IMG/VR virus record: IMGVR_UViG_3300049780_000032
Location: 1 to 52,894 of that record
DNA from: a virus
Taxonomy: Duplodnaviria; Caudoviricetes
Strand: one strand, 5' to 3'
DNA length: 52,894 nucleotides
Below the pieces are notes generated by a model that did not search any database, had not been told where the DNA came from, and worked only from the letters and a program-made list of their open reading frames with translations. The translations under genes and the position numbers were made by a program. Of this stretch, positions 27,879 to 37,046 are shown in pieces. Position 1 is the stretch's first letter, and every line of letters begins with the position of its first letter.

Positions 27879-29422
27879 GCGGCACGCTCCAGCGCCTCGC
27901 CTGTGATGCACTCGACCAGCGCGGAGACCAGCACCTCGGCCGCGGGCGGGGTGACGGCGTTCCCGAGTTGTTTGACCTTGGCCCGCTTGTCGCCGAGCAC
28001 GACATAGCCGTCATCGAACGCCATGCCACGCGCGATCTCCTCCGGCTCCAGCATGCGGAACCCGACCTCGTTGACGTCGATGGCGGGCGTGGCCAGCCCG
28101 TACCGATGTTTGGCTGTGAGCGCGCCGACGGGCTCGGACGCGGGCCGGGCTACGCCGGTGCGGTAGTACGGCACCAGCAGCGGCTCGGGCGCAGTGGCCA
28201 AGTAGTGGTGATTGCCGCCTGCGGTGACGGTGTGCAGCGGCTCGTCGATGGGGCGGGCCCGCTCCTTGTCGCCGCCGCCCCGCATGGCGATGAGAAACGA
28301 CGGCGGGATCGCCACCCCGGTTTCGCGCCGGGTGGTTTGCGTGCGGCCCGGCTCGGTGACGGGGAACGCCGCCTTGCCGTCGCGGCCTTCGGTGGGCACG
28401 AGCAGCGGCGGTATCGCGAGCCCGTCGTTCTCGGTGCCAGTGCGGGTACGCAGCGGCTGGGTGACGGGGTATGCGGTGGTGTTCCATGTTCCGCCGGCCG
28501 GTACGAGTAGCGGCGTCCAGTACGTGTCGATGCCCGCCTGGACTCGGCCGACGGTCGCGGGCGCGTACGGCCGGAACGTCTTGCCGGGTTTACCTTCCCC
28601 GATCTTCCTGGTGGGCAGGGTGAGGTCAATGGCGGCGTACGCGGGCAGCACGGCGGGTTCGACGATCGCGTTGCGGCAGGTGGCGTGCGGGCACCGGAAG
28701 ACGTACTGCTGCCGGTACCGGCCCATGTCGCGGCGCAGGTTCTTGAACACCTGGAGGGCGGGCACCACCTGGTCGCAGGTGGGGCACCATGCCTGCGGCC
28801 GGAGCCACTTGTCCCAGTCGGGGTCCCGGCCGAGGCTGCGGTGCCAGTAGCCGAAGTACAGTCGGTCGCGCGACTGTGGGGCGCGCAGGGTCTGCACGGG
28901 TTCGACGTGCATGCTGTTGAGGGCGATGACGCGCGTCTTGTAGCCCATGCGGTGAAAGCGGGCCCGCCAGTCGTCGAAGCCGTCCCACGCCCGTTCGTCG
29001 ATGACGTTCTCGACGATGCCTGCGAGCACGAGCTTGCCGCGCGCGACCACGCCTTCCAGGTAGGTGGGCACCTGCTCCATGAGCGCCCTGGACTCTTCGG
29101 CGCTGACCTCTTCGGCGGTCTTCTCGCGGGGGATGAGTTCGTCTTGGCGGGACTGATGGAAGGTGCGCTTCTGACCGTTGGCGATGGTCCACTTGGTGCA
29201 CTCGGGTGAGGCCCAGTGGATGTCCGCGACGGGCCAGTCGTAGACGGGCGATTCTTGGATCTTCCCCTGCTTGTGGGTGACGTTCGGGAAGTTGGTGGCG
29301 TGGGTGTCGAGGGCGAGCTGCCAGTGGTTGGCGGCCAGTTTCACCTCAACGCCGGGCACCTTGTCCGCGCCCTGGCTACTGCCGCCTGCTCCGCAGAACC
29401 AGTCACAGAGGGTCAGCGTCAC
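27875..29422 (-). CDS. C5 cytosine DNA methyltransferase
   Basis: DWFCGAGG, SPEC, ENV, QSRDR, GNAV motifs. Confidence 0.92.
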   Translation of the reverse strand: MTLTLCDWFCGAGGSSQGADKVPGVEVKLAANHWQLALDTHATNFPNVTHKQGKIQESPVYDWPVADIHWASPECTKWTIANGQKRTFHQSRQDELIPREKTAEEVSAEESRALMEQVPTYLEGVVARGKLVLAGIVENVIDERAWDGFDDWRARFHRMGYKTRVIALNSMHVEPVQTLRAPQSRDRLYFGYWHRSLGRDPDWDKWLRPQAWCPTCDQVVPALQVFKNLRRDMGRYRQQYVFRCPHATCRNAIVEPAVLPAYAAIDLTLPTRKIGEGKPGKTFRPYAPATVGRVQAGIDTYWTPLLVPAGGTWNTTAYPVTQPLRTRTGTENDGLAIPPLLVPTEGRDGKAAFPVTEPGRTQTTRRETGVAIPPSFLIAMRGGGDKERARPIDEPLHTVTAGGNHHYLATAPEPLLVPYYRTGVARPASEPVGALTAKHRYGLATPAIDVNEVGFRMLEPEEIARGMAFDDGYVVLGDKRAKVKQLGNAVTPPAAEVLVSALVECITGEALERAA

Positions 29423-29715
29423 GATGTCCCGCCTTTCTGGCCGGTTCCGGCCCGCAGCTCGGGGTGGGTGTCGAGGAATCGCCGCCACACCGTGTCGCTG
29501 CCGAGCGCGGCGAACTCGCCGGCGACGGTCAGGTCGAGGCTGCGGCGCTGGGCGGCACGGATCTCGCGGCGGAGACACTGCTCGGTGTCGGTGAGCTGGG
29601 CGCGTTCGCAGGCGAGCCGCGCCCGCTGTCGTCGGCGCCGGATGGTGTAGGCGACGTTGACGGCGGCGAGCGCGATCACGCAGGTGACGGCGACGGCCAG
29701 TTCGGGGTCAGGCAT
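29419..29715 (-). CDS. Small membrane-anchored protein
   Basis: N-terminal TM segment followed by RRRR. Confidence 0.6.
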   Translation of the reverse strand: MPDPELAVAVTCVIALAAVNVAYTIRRRRQRARLACERAQLTDTEQCLRREIRAAQRRSLDLTVAGEFAALGSDTVWRRFLDTHPELRAGTGQKGGTS

Positions 29716-30019
29716 TGCTGACCACCGCCTCCGGGGCTATAGCCACGACCTCCCGGGCGATGGCCACCGCGCGATGGGCGATCGACTGGCGGAGCGCGTC
29801 ACGCTCCCGCTCGGCCAGCTCGGCGCGCTGGCGGAGCCGCTCCACCTCGTCGGCGAGCGCGGGCAGGTCGCGGCCGATCACCTTGTCGAGGGCGAGCAGA
29901 GTGTCGGCGTCGGTCACGGTGACGGGGTTGAGGCGGCCGGTGCCGACGTAGCCGGGGGCGAGCCAGCGCAGGTCCCAGGCGCGGGTGCGGATGGTGTCCA
30001 GGTCGAGGGTGTCAGGCAT
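29708..30019 (-). CDS. Hypothetical protein
   Basis: 'DLPALADEVERLR' coiled coil; overlapping neighbours. Confidence 0.65.
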   Translation of the reverse strand: MPDTLDLDTIRTRAWDLRWLAPGYVGTGRLNPVTVTDADTLLALDKVIGRDLPALADEVERLRQRAELAERERDALRQSIAHRAVAIAREVVAIAPEAVVSNA

Positions 30020-30767
30020 TCGCGGCCACCGCCTGACGCGCGGCGGCTTTCGCCCGGTCGTACTTGGCGATGCCCCAGACGATCGCGTGGCAGGCCCAGA
30101 GGTACCACCAGTAGTAGTCGCGGAACGACCACTCGTAGGTGTCCTCGAACTCGAAGGTCTCGATCGGTGTCACCGTGACGCGGTGGTATGCGCTGTTTTC
30201 CGCAATATGCCGCTTGCGCCACAGCTCGGCGGAGGTGTCGTCGAAGAATTCGGCGCTGACGTCGCAGCGGCGGCACGAGGCTTTGGCCTTCGTGCTGTAC
30301 TCGAAGGTCTCGAGTTCCTGGCGGGCGCCGCCTTCCCAGGTGATGTCGCCGTACTCCAGCAGGTACCGGACTGCGGCCCCGATCCCGCGCGGCGCGCTCC
30401 TCTCTCGGATCGCGTTCGCGACGTGCTCTTTCACCTGCTGCTCAAACAGGTCCTGGTCGTACTTCATGACGCAGTCGCGGTCGGAGGTTAGCTTCTCCGC
30501 CCAGTAGTGCGGGTTGATGTGCAGCGACCCGTCCTTCCGGACGCCGGAGCGGAAGAACTCGAACATGTCGGTGAGCCGGTCGAAGACGTAGCTTTCGCCG
30601 TCGCCCCGGAAGATGAGGGCGTGCGGCACGGTGATCAGGTCGAACCAGTAACCTCCGTGGTCCGGGTGCCGGAACCGCAGGTGCCGGTACAGGCCGTCGT
30701 CGTGCAGGATCTGCATCTTGTGGTCGGCGGTTTCGCGGGCGAACCGCTCGGCGATGTCCTGGCGCAT
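30012..30767 (-). CDS. Conserved phage hypothetical protein
   Basis: 'H.MQILHDDGLYRHLRF...DMFEFFR...INPHYWAEK...WACHAI.WGI..YD'. Confidence 0.75.
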   Translation of the reverse strand: MRQDIAERFARETADHKMQILHDDGLYRHLRFRHPDHGGYWFDLITVPHALIFRGDGESYVFDRLTDMFEFFRSGVRKDGSLHINPHYWAEKLTSDRDCVMKYDQDLFEQQVKEHVANAIRERSAPRGIGAAVRYLLEYGDITWEGGARQELETFEYSTKAKASCRRCDVSAEFFDDTSAELWRKRHIAENSAYHRVTVTPIETFEFEDTYEWSFRDYYWWYLWACHAIVWGIAKYDRAKAAARQAVAANA

Positions 30768-31144
30768 CAGCCCAGCACCTCCAGCGCGGCGTTGCGCAGC
30801 TCGCGCACCACCGCGGCCTCGTCCCGCTCGTCCGACCAGGCACCGAGCGAGTCGGCGTACGCGTCGTCGCGCGACAGCCCCAGAAAGTCGATCAGCATGT
30901 CGGCGGTGTCGAGCACCAGCCGCCAGTGGCCGGCCCGGTCCCGGTCGTCCTCCCAGGCGTGCGGGTCGAAACCGCACGCGACCGCGACCGCGCCGAGCAC
31001 GTCCACCGGCGCTTCGCGGGGCGGCAGCCCGAACGCGTCGAGGTAGTAGTCGTCGCGGGCGAGGCCCTGCCGTTCGATGATGTCGGCGGCGGCCAGCGCG
31101 ACGGCGGCCGGGGTGAGTGTCAGGTTGATCGTCTGCGTGGTCAT
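30767..31144 (-). CDS. Hypothetical protein (DUF6197-like)
   Basis: 'AADIIER.G...LGAVAVA...WSD.R....VV..LR.AA'. Confidence 0.6.
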   Translation of the reverse strand: MTTQTINLTLTPAAVALAAADIIERQGLARDDYYLDAFGLPPREAPVDVLGAVAVACGFDPHAWEDDRDRAGHWRLVLDTADMLIDFLGLSRDDAYADSLGAWSDERDEAAVVRELRNAALEVLG

Positions 31145-31947
31145 GGCGTCTCCGCAGGAGGAGGTGTCGGGGAGGTGGCGGCACCAATGCCGCCTGAGCG
31201 TTCCTTGCCGATGCGGTCGATCAGGTCGCCGATCCGCTCGTCGTCGCCGTTCTCGTTCGTGACCAAGGCGCCGAGCTGCCGGGCCTGGCCGAGCTCGAAA
31301 CGCATCTGCCGGAGCCTGCCGACAGACGTGTTCGGGTGGAGGGCTTCATCCCGGTAGTCGGTGGCGGGCCGGATGCCGGCCTCCCCGCGCTCCAGGTTGT
31401 GCGAGTCCGGGTCGGGGTCGCGGGTGGGCACGAGTCCGGCGTGGTAGAGGAGGGTGCGCAGCGCGACCGCCTGCGCTTTCGCGGTGCCCTTGTCGCCTGG
31501 GTCGAGGGACTCGCCGGCGGCCTGCACTTCGAGGTGGTCGCCGTTCGGCCCGTAGATCCGGTAGGTGACCAAGACGGTGCACTCGCGGGTCGCCTTGTCG
31601 CGGGAGGTCTTGGTGTCCCGGTATGACGCCTCGACCCGGTAGGGCAGTACGAGCACGCCGTGCGCCCGGCAGGCAGGGCCAAAAAAATTGAGCGCATCGT
31701 CCACGCCTCGGTACTTGAAGCGCGGGCCCTCGGTCGGCTCCCACTGCTTGACGACGCTGCGGACCTCGCCCATCACGTTGGCCCACGCCACGTGCACGGG
31801 CACGCTGGCCGGCCCGCCCTCGGGCACGGGGATGTCGATGTCGGGCAGCGGCGCGGGCGCGGCGCTGACCTGCTCGCGCTCGGCCGGGTGCTTGTCACTC
31901 ACTTCATCGGGCCGGGCCAGGGCGGCGGCCTTGTCGGCGAGCGTCAT
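31141..31947 (-). CDS. ERF-family ssDNA annealing protein
   Basis: 'FKYRGVDD', 'GE..D.GDKGT.KA..VALR..L', DPD. Confidence 0.85.
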   Translation of the reverse strand: MTLADKAAALARPDEVSDKHPAEREQVSAAPAPLPDIDIPVPEGGPASVPVHVAWANVMGEVRSVVKQWEPTEGPRFKYRGVDDALNFFGPACRAHGVLVLPYRVEASYRDTKTSRDKATRECTVLVTYRIYGPNGDHLEVQAAGESLDPGDKGTAKAQAVALRTLLYHAGLVPTRDPDPDSHNLERGEAGIRPATDYRDEALHPNTSVGRLRQMRFELGQARQLGALVTNENGDDERIGDLIDRIGKERSGGIGAATSPTPPPAETP

Positions 31948-32957
31948 GACAGGGCCTCCGCGAGTCGGTGCTCCTTGGCGATGTGCAGGCGGTGGCCGGG
32001 CTTGTCGGTCACGCAGGCGGCGTAGGCCTCCGGGAACTCCTCCGCCAGCCGCTCCAGGTCCGGGGTGGCCTTGCTGGTCGGGTTGAGCCCGTACGCGTAG
32101 TCGTTGCCGAACGCGCCGATGGCGTGCCCGCCGAGCAGTTCGACCAGGCGGGCTTTCGCGGTCTCCTTCTCGGCTTTCGCGGCCTTCTCCCGCAGTCGGG
32201 CGTCCTCGTAGGCGAGAAGCTGCTCGTACGCGTTGGTCGCGTCGAGGTCGGCCACGCCGTCCCGGTCCGGGTGCAGCCGGTCCCACAGTTCGAGCAGCCG
32301 CTCAGGGTCGCCAGTGCTGGGCGGTGGGGTGCGATCCTGCACCCGCTGCCACATCTGGCCGGCCACCGCCACGATGTCGTCAATGAGTTGCTCGTTGCCC
32401 GCGCGCCGGATCACGTTCTGCCGGTAGCTGTTGCCGCCGATGAGTACGGCCGTGTGGATGTGGTCGTAGCCGCTGACGGCGATCTGGTGCAGCGTCTGCG
32501 CGAGCACATCGTCGGGGACGGCGCGCCGCCAGCGCCTGGCGGCCCACGCGTCGCGGTGCTTGACCTCAAGGGCGCAGCGTTCGCGCACGTCGCGGGACAG
32601 CGGGCATTCGATGACCTGCCGGTCGAGGGTGCACATCATCCACGGCCGGTCGACGTTCGCGATCAGCCCGACCCGGCGGACGACGGACCGGTTGCGGCGG
32701 GCCCATTCGCGGGCGATTGTCTCCTCGTGGAGGGTGCCCCACAGGCCGGGCTCGCCGAGGTCGCCGGGAGGGAGTTCGCCGATCTTGTCGTAGTAGACGT
32801 GGGACGGGGTCTTGTAGCCGACTTCGAGGATGTCGGCTGCGTCGGCGCTGCCGATGCCACCGCGGCGGGCGGCGAGCCACACGTCGCGGTCTGCGGTGGC
32901 GGGCAGCACGAGCCGGGCGGTCGGCGTGACCCGGCGGCCGGGCGCGGCGGTCGTCAT
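31944..32957 (-). CDS. YqaJ-like viral recombinase exonuclease
   Basis: 'WLAARRGGIGSAD', 'WGTLHE', 'TLDR', 'LEVK'. Confidence 0.9.
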   Translation of the reverse strand: MTTAAPGRRVTPTARLVLPATADRDVWLAARRGGIGSADAADILEVGYKTPSHVYYDKIGELPPGDLGEPGLWGTLHEETIAREWARRNRSVVRRVGLIANVDRPWMMCTLDRQVIECPLSRDVRERCALEVKHRDAWAARRWRRAVPDDVLAQTLHQIAVSGYDHIHTAVLIGGNSYRQNVIRRAGNEQLIDDIVAVAGQMWQRVQDRTPPPSTGDPERLLELWDRLHPDRDGVADLDATNAYEQLLAYEDARLREKAAKAEKETAKARLVELLGGHAIGAFGNDYAYGLNPTSKATPDLERLAEEFPEAYAACVTDKPGHRLHIAKEHRLAEALS

Positions 32958-33277
32958 GAGCCCGTCTCAGGCGTCTTGGGCAGCTCGCTCTTGGTGAACG
33001 GTGACCAGACCCGCACGGGGACGCCCGCGAACTCGCCGACCACATCGGCGCTGCCGCCCGTGGCGCTGCCGTACCGGGTGACGCTGATCTCGGCGTTGAG
33101 GAACTCCGCCCACGTGCGCAGGTGGGCGCGGCGCGGACCGGGCCCGGCGCTGTATGTGGGGATGTGGCCGACCAGTCCCTCATTGCCGCCGACGGTCCAC
33201 ACGGCCTCGGGCAGGTCATGGGCGAGCAAGCTCACCAGGGCTGCGGCGTAACGCTGCTGCTCCTTGCGGGGCATCAT
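32954..33277 (-). CDS. Hypothetical protein
   Basis: ATGA-coupled early ORF. Confidence 0.6.
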   Translation of the reverse strand: MMPRKEQQRYAAALVSLLAHDLPEAVWTVGGNEGLVGHIPTYSAGPGPRRAHLRTWAEFLNAEISVTRYGSATGGSADVVGEFAGVPVRVWSPFTKSELPKTPETGS

Positions 33278-33546
33278 GCCGTGACCGCCTGTCGCTCGCG
33301 CACGGAGGCCAGCCAGTCGGCGACGCGCACGCACTGCACGGTGTCGCCCTCGCCGACCTCGATGGTGCCGATGCGCGGCAGGCCGTCGATCGGTCCGGCG
33401 GCGACCCACACGAGCACGAGCCGGCCGGGCCCGGCGCTGTAGGTGTCGCGAACGCGCACTAGCTGCTGGTCGGTCTGGACCAGGTGCTGCGGCTTGATCG
33501 CGGTCGCGTCCACGGGGACGGTGGGCAGGCTCGTGGGCCGGGTCAT
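33274..33546 (-). CDS. Hypothetical protein
   Basis: ATGA-coupled early ORF. Confidence 0.6.
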   Translation of the reverse strand: MTRPTSLPTVPVDATAIKPQHLVQTDQQLVRVRDTYSAGPGRLVLVWVAAGPIDGLPRIGTIEVGEGDTVQCVRVADWLASVRERQAVTA

Positions 33547-33959
33547 CGTCCGCCCCCGATCCGTAGCGGGCGCACGATGTCCGCGAGCCGGTCGTCCGGC
33601 GGCGGCTCCGGCGTATGCAGACCCTTCGCCTCCAGCGAGGCCCGCGCCTTGTCGATGCCGCGCTTGAATTCCTCCAGCGTGGGGATGCGCAGCACCAGGT
33701 GCTCACCGTCCGTCGTGCTGACGGTCATCGCGTGCCCTTCGGCGGCGCGCAGCAGCTCGTGGGGCGTAACGAGCACCTCGCGGCCGCTTCCCTCCCGAGC
33801 GGCCTTGACGAGGGCTTCGCCGATGCGCATGTCCACCTCGCGCTGGCCGTCGTCGAGGTCTTCCCACGACAGCAGCCAGGACGGCTTCGGGTTGTCCTGT
33901 TCGCGGGCCCATTCGACCCACACGTGGCGGACCAGCCTGCCCAGGTCCTCGCGCGTCAC
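33543..33959 (-). CDS. Hypothetical protein
   Basis: 'LGRLVR.VWVEWAREQ..PKPSWLL.WEDL' motif. Confidence 0.65.
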   Translation of the reverse strand: MTREDLGRLVRHVWVEWAREQDNPKPSWLLSWEDLDDGQREVDMRIGEALVKAAREGSGREVLVTPHELLRAAEGHAMTVSTTDGEHLVLRIPTLEEFKRGIDKARASLEAKGLHTPEPPPDDRLADIVRPLRIGGGR

Positions 33960-34696
33960 GCGGCACCGCCCACGGTCTGCGTCATCGACTTCAGGGCGAA
34001 GGCGAGAGCGGCTTGTGCGGCGTCGTCGTCGCGGGCGACCACGAGCGCCAGCGGCGCGTGCGGGTGTTCCTCTTCGCGGAGTTCGGTGGTGGCGAACCCG
34101 GCCTCGATGAGGGCGGCGGCGTACGGGGCGAGCCGCTGGGCGTTCATCTGCCGCCAGCCGCCCATGCCGTACAGGGCGCCCTCTCGGACGTCCTCGATGA
34201 TGACGTGGACGGGCACGGCGGGCGCGGCGTCCTCGGTGAGGGCGTGCACGCGGTAGCCGTCGCCCCACTTGTTGCGGACGGGGTGCCCGGCGGCGGTGAG
34301 CGCGTCGATGACGTCGTCGCCGAAGGATGCGATGCGGTTCCTGTGCTCGGAGGCGGCGTTCTCGCGGGCGGCCAGCCACGCCTCCTGCACGTCCCAGCTC
34401 GGCTCCGGCAGCAGGTTGTCGTCGCCGTGGATGTCGAGCAGGTGCATCGCGAGCGCGACCGGCAGCGGCAGCGCGGCGGTGCCGTTGGCGAGCTTGGCGA
34501 GCAGCATGCGGGTGATGCCGCGCAGCTGGGGGACGTACGTGAACAGGGCGAGCGCCTGTCGGTCGCGGGCGTCGAGGCCGGTGGCGTTGTAGGCGACGGC
34601 GTTGCGGATGGCTTCGGCGATGTCGAGCACGTCGTTGGCGGTCAGCATCGAGCCGGTGTGCTGCGTGGTGTCGGGGCTAGGTGCGAGGATGGTCAT
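33956..34696 (-). CDS. Hypothetical protein
   Basis: AAGGA RBS before MTILAPS; GC3-rich. Confidence 0.65.
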   Translation of the reverse strand: MTILAPSPDTTQHTGSMLTANDVLDIAEAIRNAVAYNATGLDARDRQALALFTYVPQLRGITRMLLAKLANGTAALPLPVALAMHLLDIHGDDNLLPEPSWDVQEAWLAARENAASEHRNRIASFGDDVIDALTAAGHPVRNKWGDGYRVHALTEDAAPAVPVHVIIEDVREGALYGMGGWRQMNAQRLAPYAAALIEAGFATTELREEEHPHAPLALVVARDDDAAQAALAFALKSMTQTVGGAA

Positions 34697-34796
34697 GTCC
34701 GCGTCCTTGCTAGAGGGATGTCGGATGTTCTCTGCGGGGCTCATCCGGTGGCTCGGGTGAGCCCTGCGGCGTGATCAGAAGCCAAAGGCTGGAGAG

Positions 34797-34943
34797 TCAG
34801 GCGTCGGCTTCGTGCACCACGACGTCTTCGGCGCCGTAAAGCTCGCGCAGCTCCCGCGCTCGGATGTCCGCGTCTTCGAGGCTGTCCGCCTCTTCGCGCT
34901 GTGGGTGGCCTTCCGCGTCTCGTCACGTCAGGTAGATGGCCAT
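34797..34943 (-). pseudogene. Small early gene with in-frame TGA at codon 7
   Basis: MAIYLT*RDAEGHPQREEADSLEDADIRARELRELYGAEDVVVHEADA*. Confidence 0.45.
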
Positions 34944-35191
34944 ATCGGTTTCCCGGTTGAGTCGTTGATGGATGTCACGCTGCGGATGGCGATGATCGGC
35001 ACGCCGCCGCCGTTGTCGAGGCAGTCGAGGACCAAGCAGACCGGACGGGCGTTGGCGTACTGGCCCTGCTTGGTGCCGATGGCCAGGAGCAGCCCGTCGT
35101 AGACCTCAGGGTCGGAGCCGCCGAAGACGGCCTGCACCTGTACCCGGCGGCCAACGAGAGGTTGGACGGCGGCGAGGTCGGATACTCGCAT
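34928..35191 (-). CDS. Hypothetical protein
   Basis: 87 aa beta-rich ORF in early operon. Confidence 0.55.
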   Translation of the reverse strand: MRVSDLAAVQPLVGRRVQVQAVFGGSDPEVYDGLLLAIGTKQGQYANARPVCLVLDCLDNGGGVPIIAIRSVTSINDSTGKPIWPST

Positions 35192-35195
35192 CGGG

Positions 35196-35453
35196 TCATC
35201 GCCCCTTCACGTACTCGCCTGGCGGGACGGTGAAGGTGGAGCCGTCCTTGTAGTGCTCGATCCAGCCGAACTTGCCGAGTTCTCTCGGGTTGTGGCGGAC
35301 GCGCCGTCGTAGAACCGCGCCACACGTCTGACAGACAAGGTGCGGACCGTGCGCTTCGAACTTGTCTGTGTCAGGGCACTTCACCTGCGTGACAGATACC
35401 GGCTGTCGCCGATCCTGGTAGGAGGTGCGTTTCGCGGGCTGCTCGGTGGTCAT
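35196..35453 (-). CDS. Hypothetical Zn-ribbon protein
   Basis: C..H.H..CQTC; AAGGGA RBS. Confidence 0.55.
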   Translation of the reverse strand: MTTEQPAKRTSYQDRRQPVSVTQVKCPDTDKFEAHGPHLVCQTCGAVLRRRVRHNPRELGKFGWIEHYKDGSTFTVPPGEYVKGR

Positions 35454-35530
35454 GTCCGTGTCCCTTGCAAGTCGGGGATGGCGGATGAGCGAGGTTCCGG
35501 CCGAGGCAACGGTCAGGGCCTCGCGGCGTG

Positions 35531-35785
35531 TCAGGAGGCGCGGGCCCTGGACTCGGGCGACTCGGCGTCGGCGAGGAACTCGTGGACGGCGTGCAGGTCG
35601 ATGCGGCGGAGCCGGCCGACGAGGTAACTCTTGAGCTGGCCGCTGCGGATGAGCTTCTCGACGGAGCGGCGGCTCTTGAGCTTGAGCAGGACCTGCACCT
35701 CGGGGACCTCAAGGACGAGGGGCGTGGTGGCGCAGTGATGTCCGCAGGTCTGGCATCCGGAGGGGGGCGGGTGGCTGTTCGTCAT
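35531..35785 (-). CDS. Excisionase/Cox-like HTH protein
   Basis: 'LEVPEVQVLLKL.SRRSVEKLIRSGQLKS..VGRLRRI...V.EF' HTH_17 pattern; divergent from repressor. Confidence 0.85.
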   Translation of the reverse strand: MTNSHPPPSGCQTCGHHCATTPLVLEVPEVQVLLKLKSRRSVEKLIRSGQLKSYLVGRLRRIDLHAVHEFLADAESPESRARAS

Positions 35786-35786
35786 G

Positions 35787-35950
35787 TACGCAAACATACG
35801 CGTACATACGCACATGTCAATGGGTTGCTGCGCATGGATGCGTAGGGTTCTGCTTGACCGCTGGTCCTTACTGGCGGGCGATCTAAACGGCAACCGTGAT
35901 TGTCGGGACCACCGACTGTCAGGTATGGTGCGCGTACATGCGCAAAGGTT
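35787..35950. repeat. 10-bp phased repeats T(A/G)CGC..CA in the switch region
   Basis: TACGCAAACA TACGCGTACA TACGCACATG at 35787-35816; inverted copy at 35829-35844; TGCGCGTACA TGCGCA at 35929. Confidence 0.75.
35793..35820 (-). promoter_or_regulatory. Early lytic promoter, probably leaderless
   Basis: TTGACA-16 nt-TATGTT, then 7 nt to the xis ATG. Confidence 0.65.
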
Positions 35951-35985
35951 CGCGCACCTGAACCCGCGAGAGGTCGGAAGCGCCC

Positions 35986-36513
35986 GTGAGCATCCCACCC
36001 GAGGCTGCACTCATACGCGAACGCCGAAAGAACCGCCTCCCCAGCCCCGCAATGTCCCTGCGGGCCGCCGCCGCGGCAGCATCCACGCACGGCGCAAAGG
36101 TGTCCGAAGCAGGCTGGCGCTCCATCGAGTCAGGCAAATACGTCGCCAAGGCGGAGATCCTCGCCGCGATGGCCCGGGTCGTCGGCGTCACGCCGGCCGA
36201 GCTCGACGAGATCGCCGCCCGCCACGAGCGGCAGAACGCAGCAGATGCCGCCGTCATGCTGCGCGCCTACGTGCGTCAGCGGGCCGAGAGCGAGCCCGCG
36301 CTCGAAGGAATCAACCCGGATGCCCCCGAGGACGTGCTCCAGATGATCGTCAAAGGGATCGACGACATCCGCAGCGCCACAGGTCTGACCGAAGACCAAA
36401 AAGCGTCTCTAGAGAAGACCCTTATAGAGACCGTGATGCAAACGGTTGCCGGGCAGCTTGTCCAAATACGTACCGTTTTGGAAATCGCCCGAGGTAAGGA
36501 CAGCCAGGCCTAA
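35986..36513 (+). CDS. Immunity repressor (XRE-like HTH)
   Basis: 'LIRERR...SLRAAA...SEAGWRSIESG...LAAMARVVGVTPAEL'; divergent from xis. Confidence 0.8.
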   Translation: MSIPPEAALIRERRKNRLPSPAMSLRAAAAAASTHGAKVSEAGWRSIESGKYVAKAEILAAMARVVGVTPAELDEIAARHERQNAADAAVMLRAYVRQRAESEPALEGINPDAPEDVLQMIVKGIDDIRSATGLTEDQKASLEKTLIETVMQTVAGQLVQIRTVLEIARGKDSQA

Positions 36514-36634
36514 CGCGACTGTCTCTCACGTTACGCTCGCCTTACCTCTCTATCCTCACCTGCGATTCGGTCATAGTGTGACGTGACCGTGGCGTGGGGG
36601 ATAAGACGTAACGGGCTGGCAACGGAGGCAGCGG

Positions 36635-37000
36635 GTGGCAACCGAAAAACGCACAGCGCTCAAATGGTTCGCACGCATCGGATGGGGGTTAACGGGCGTC
36701 ATTCTGGTCGGGATCTTCCTCGAACTCGACCTGGTGAGCGCCCGGCAGTTCTTCTTCGGCCGCCTGTTCGCCCTGGCGCTGGGAGCGAGCATCGTTCTCA
36801 CGCTGGGACTCTGGTTCGAGTCGTCTCGCCTCCGCATCGTCATCCCCGTCGAGGAGGCATGGAAGGCCGGGGTCCAGTACGGCGTCACCTGGCGACGCTC
36901 CGACCCGGCGGCGGCCGATCAGATGATCCAATTCCTGCAGCAGCCCATCAACAGCCAGGGCCCGCTGGAATCACCACAGATCAAGCATCAGCGTCGGTAA
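36635..37000 (+). CDS. Two-TM membrane protein in lysogeny operon
   Basis: Two hydrophobic helices; between repressor and integrase. Confidence 0.7.
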   Translation: MATEKRTALKWFARIGWGLTGVILVGIFLELDLVSARQFFFGRLFALALGASIVLTLGLWFESSRLRIVIPVEEAWKAGVQYGVTWRRSDPAAADQMIQFLQQPINSQGPLESPQIKHQRR

Positions 37001-37046
37001 TCTTCCAAGTAAAGACGGCGTTTCGCATTTCGCGCGAGGTGGATCG

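Noticed and set aside
31681-31687. A7 run in the ERF gene as a frameshift or phase-variation site
   Set aside because: Reading frame is intact through it (NFFG) and there is no evidence of an alternative product
2581-34744. Extended N-termini given by the ORF track for many minus-strand genes
   Set aside because: They overlap upstream genes; starts were reassigned using RBS and ATGA/GTGA coupling
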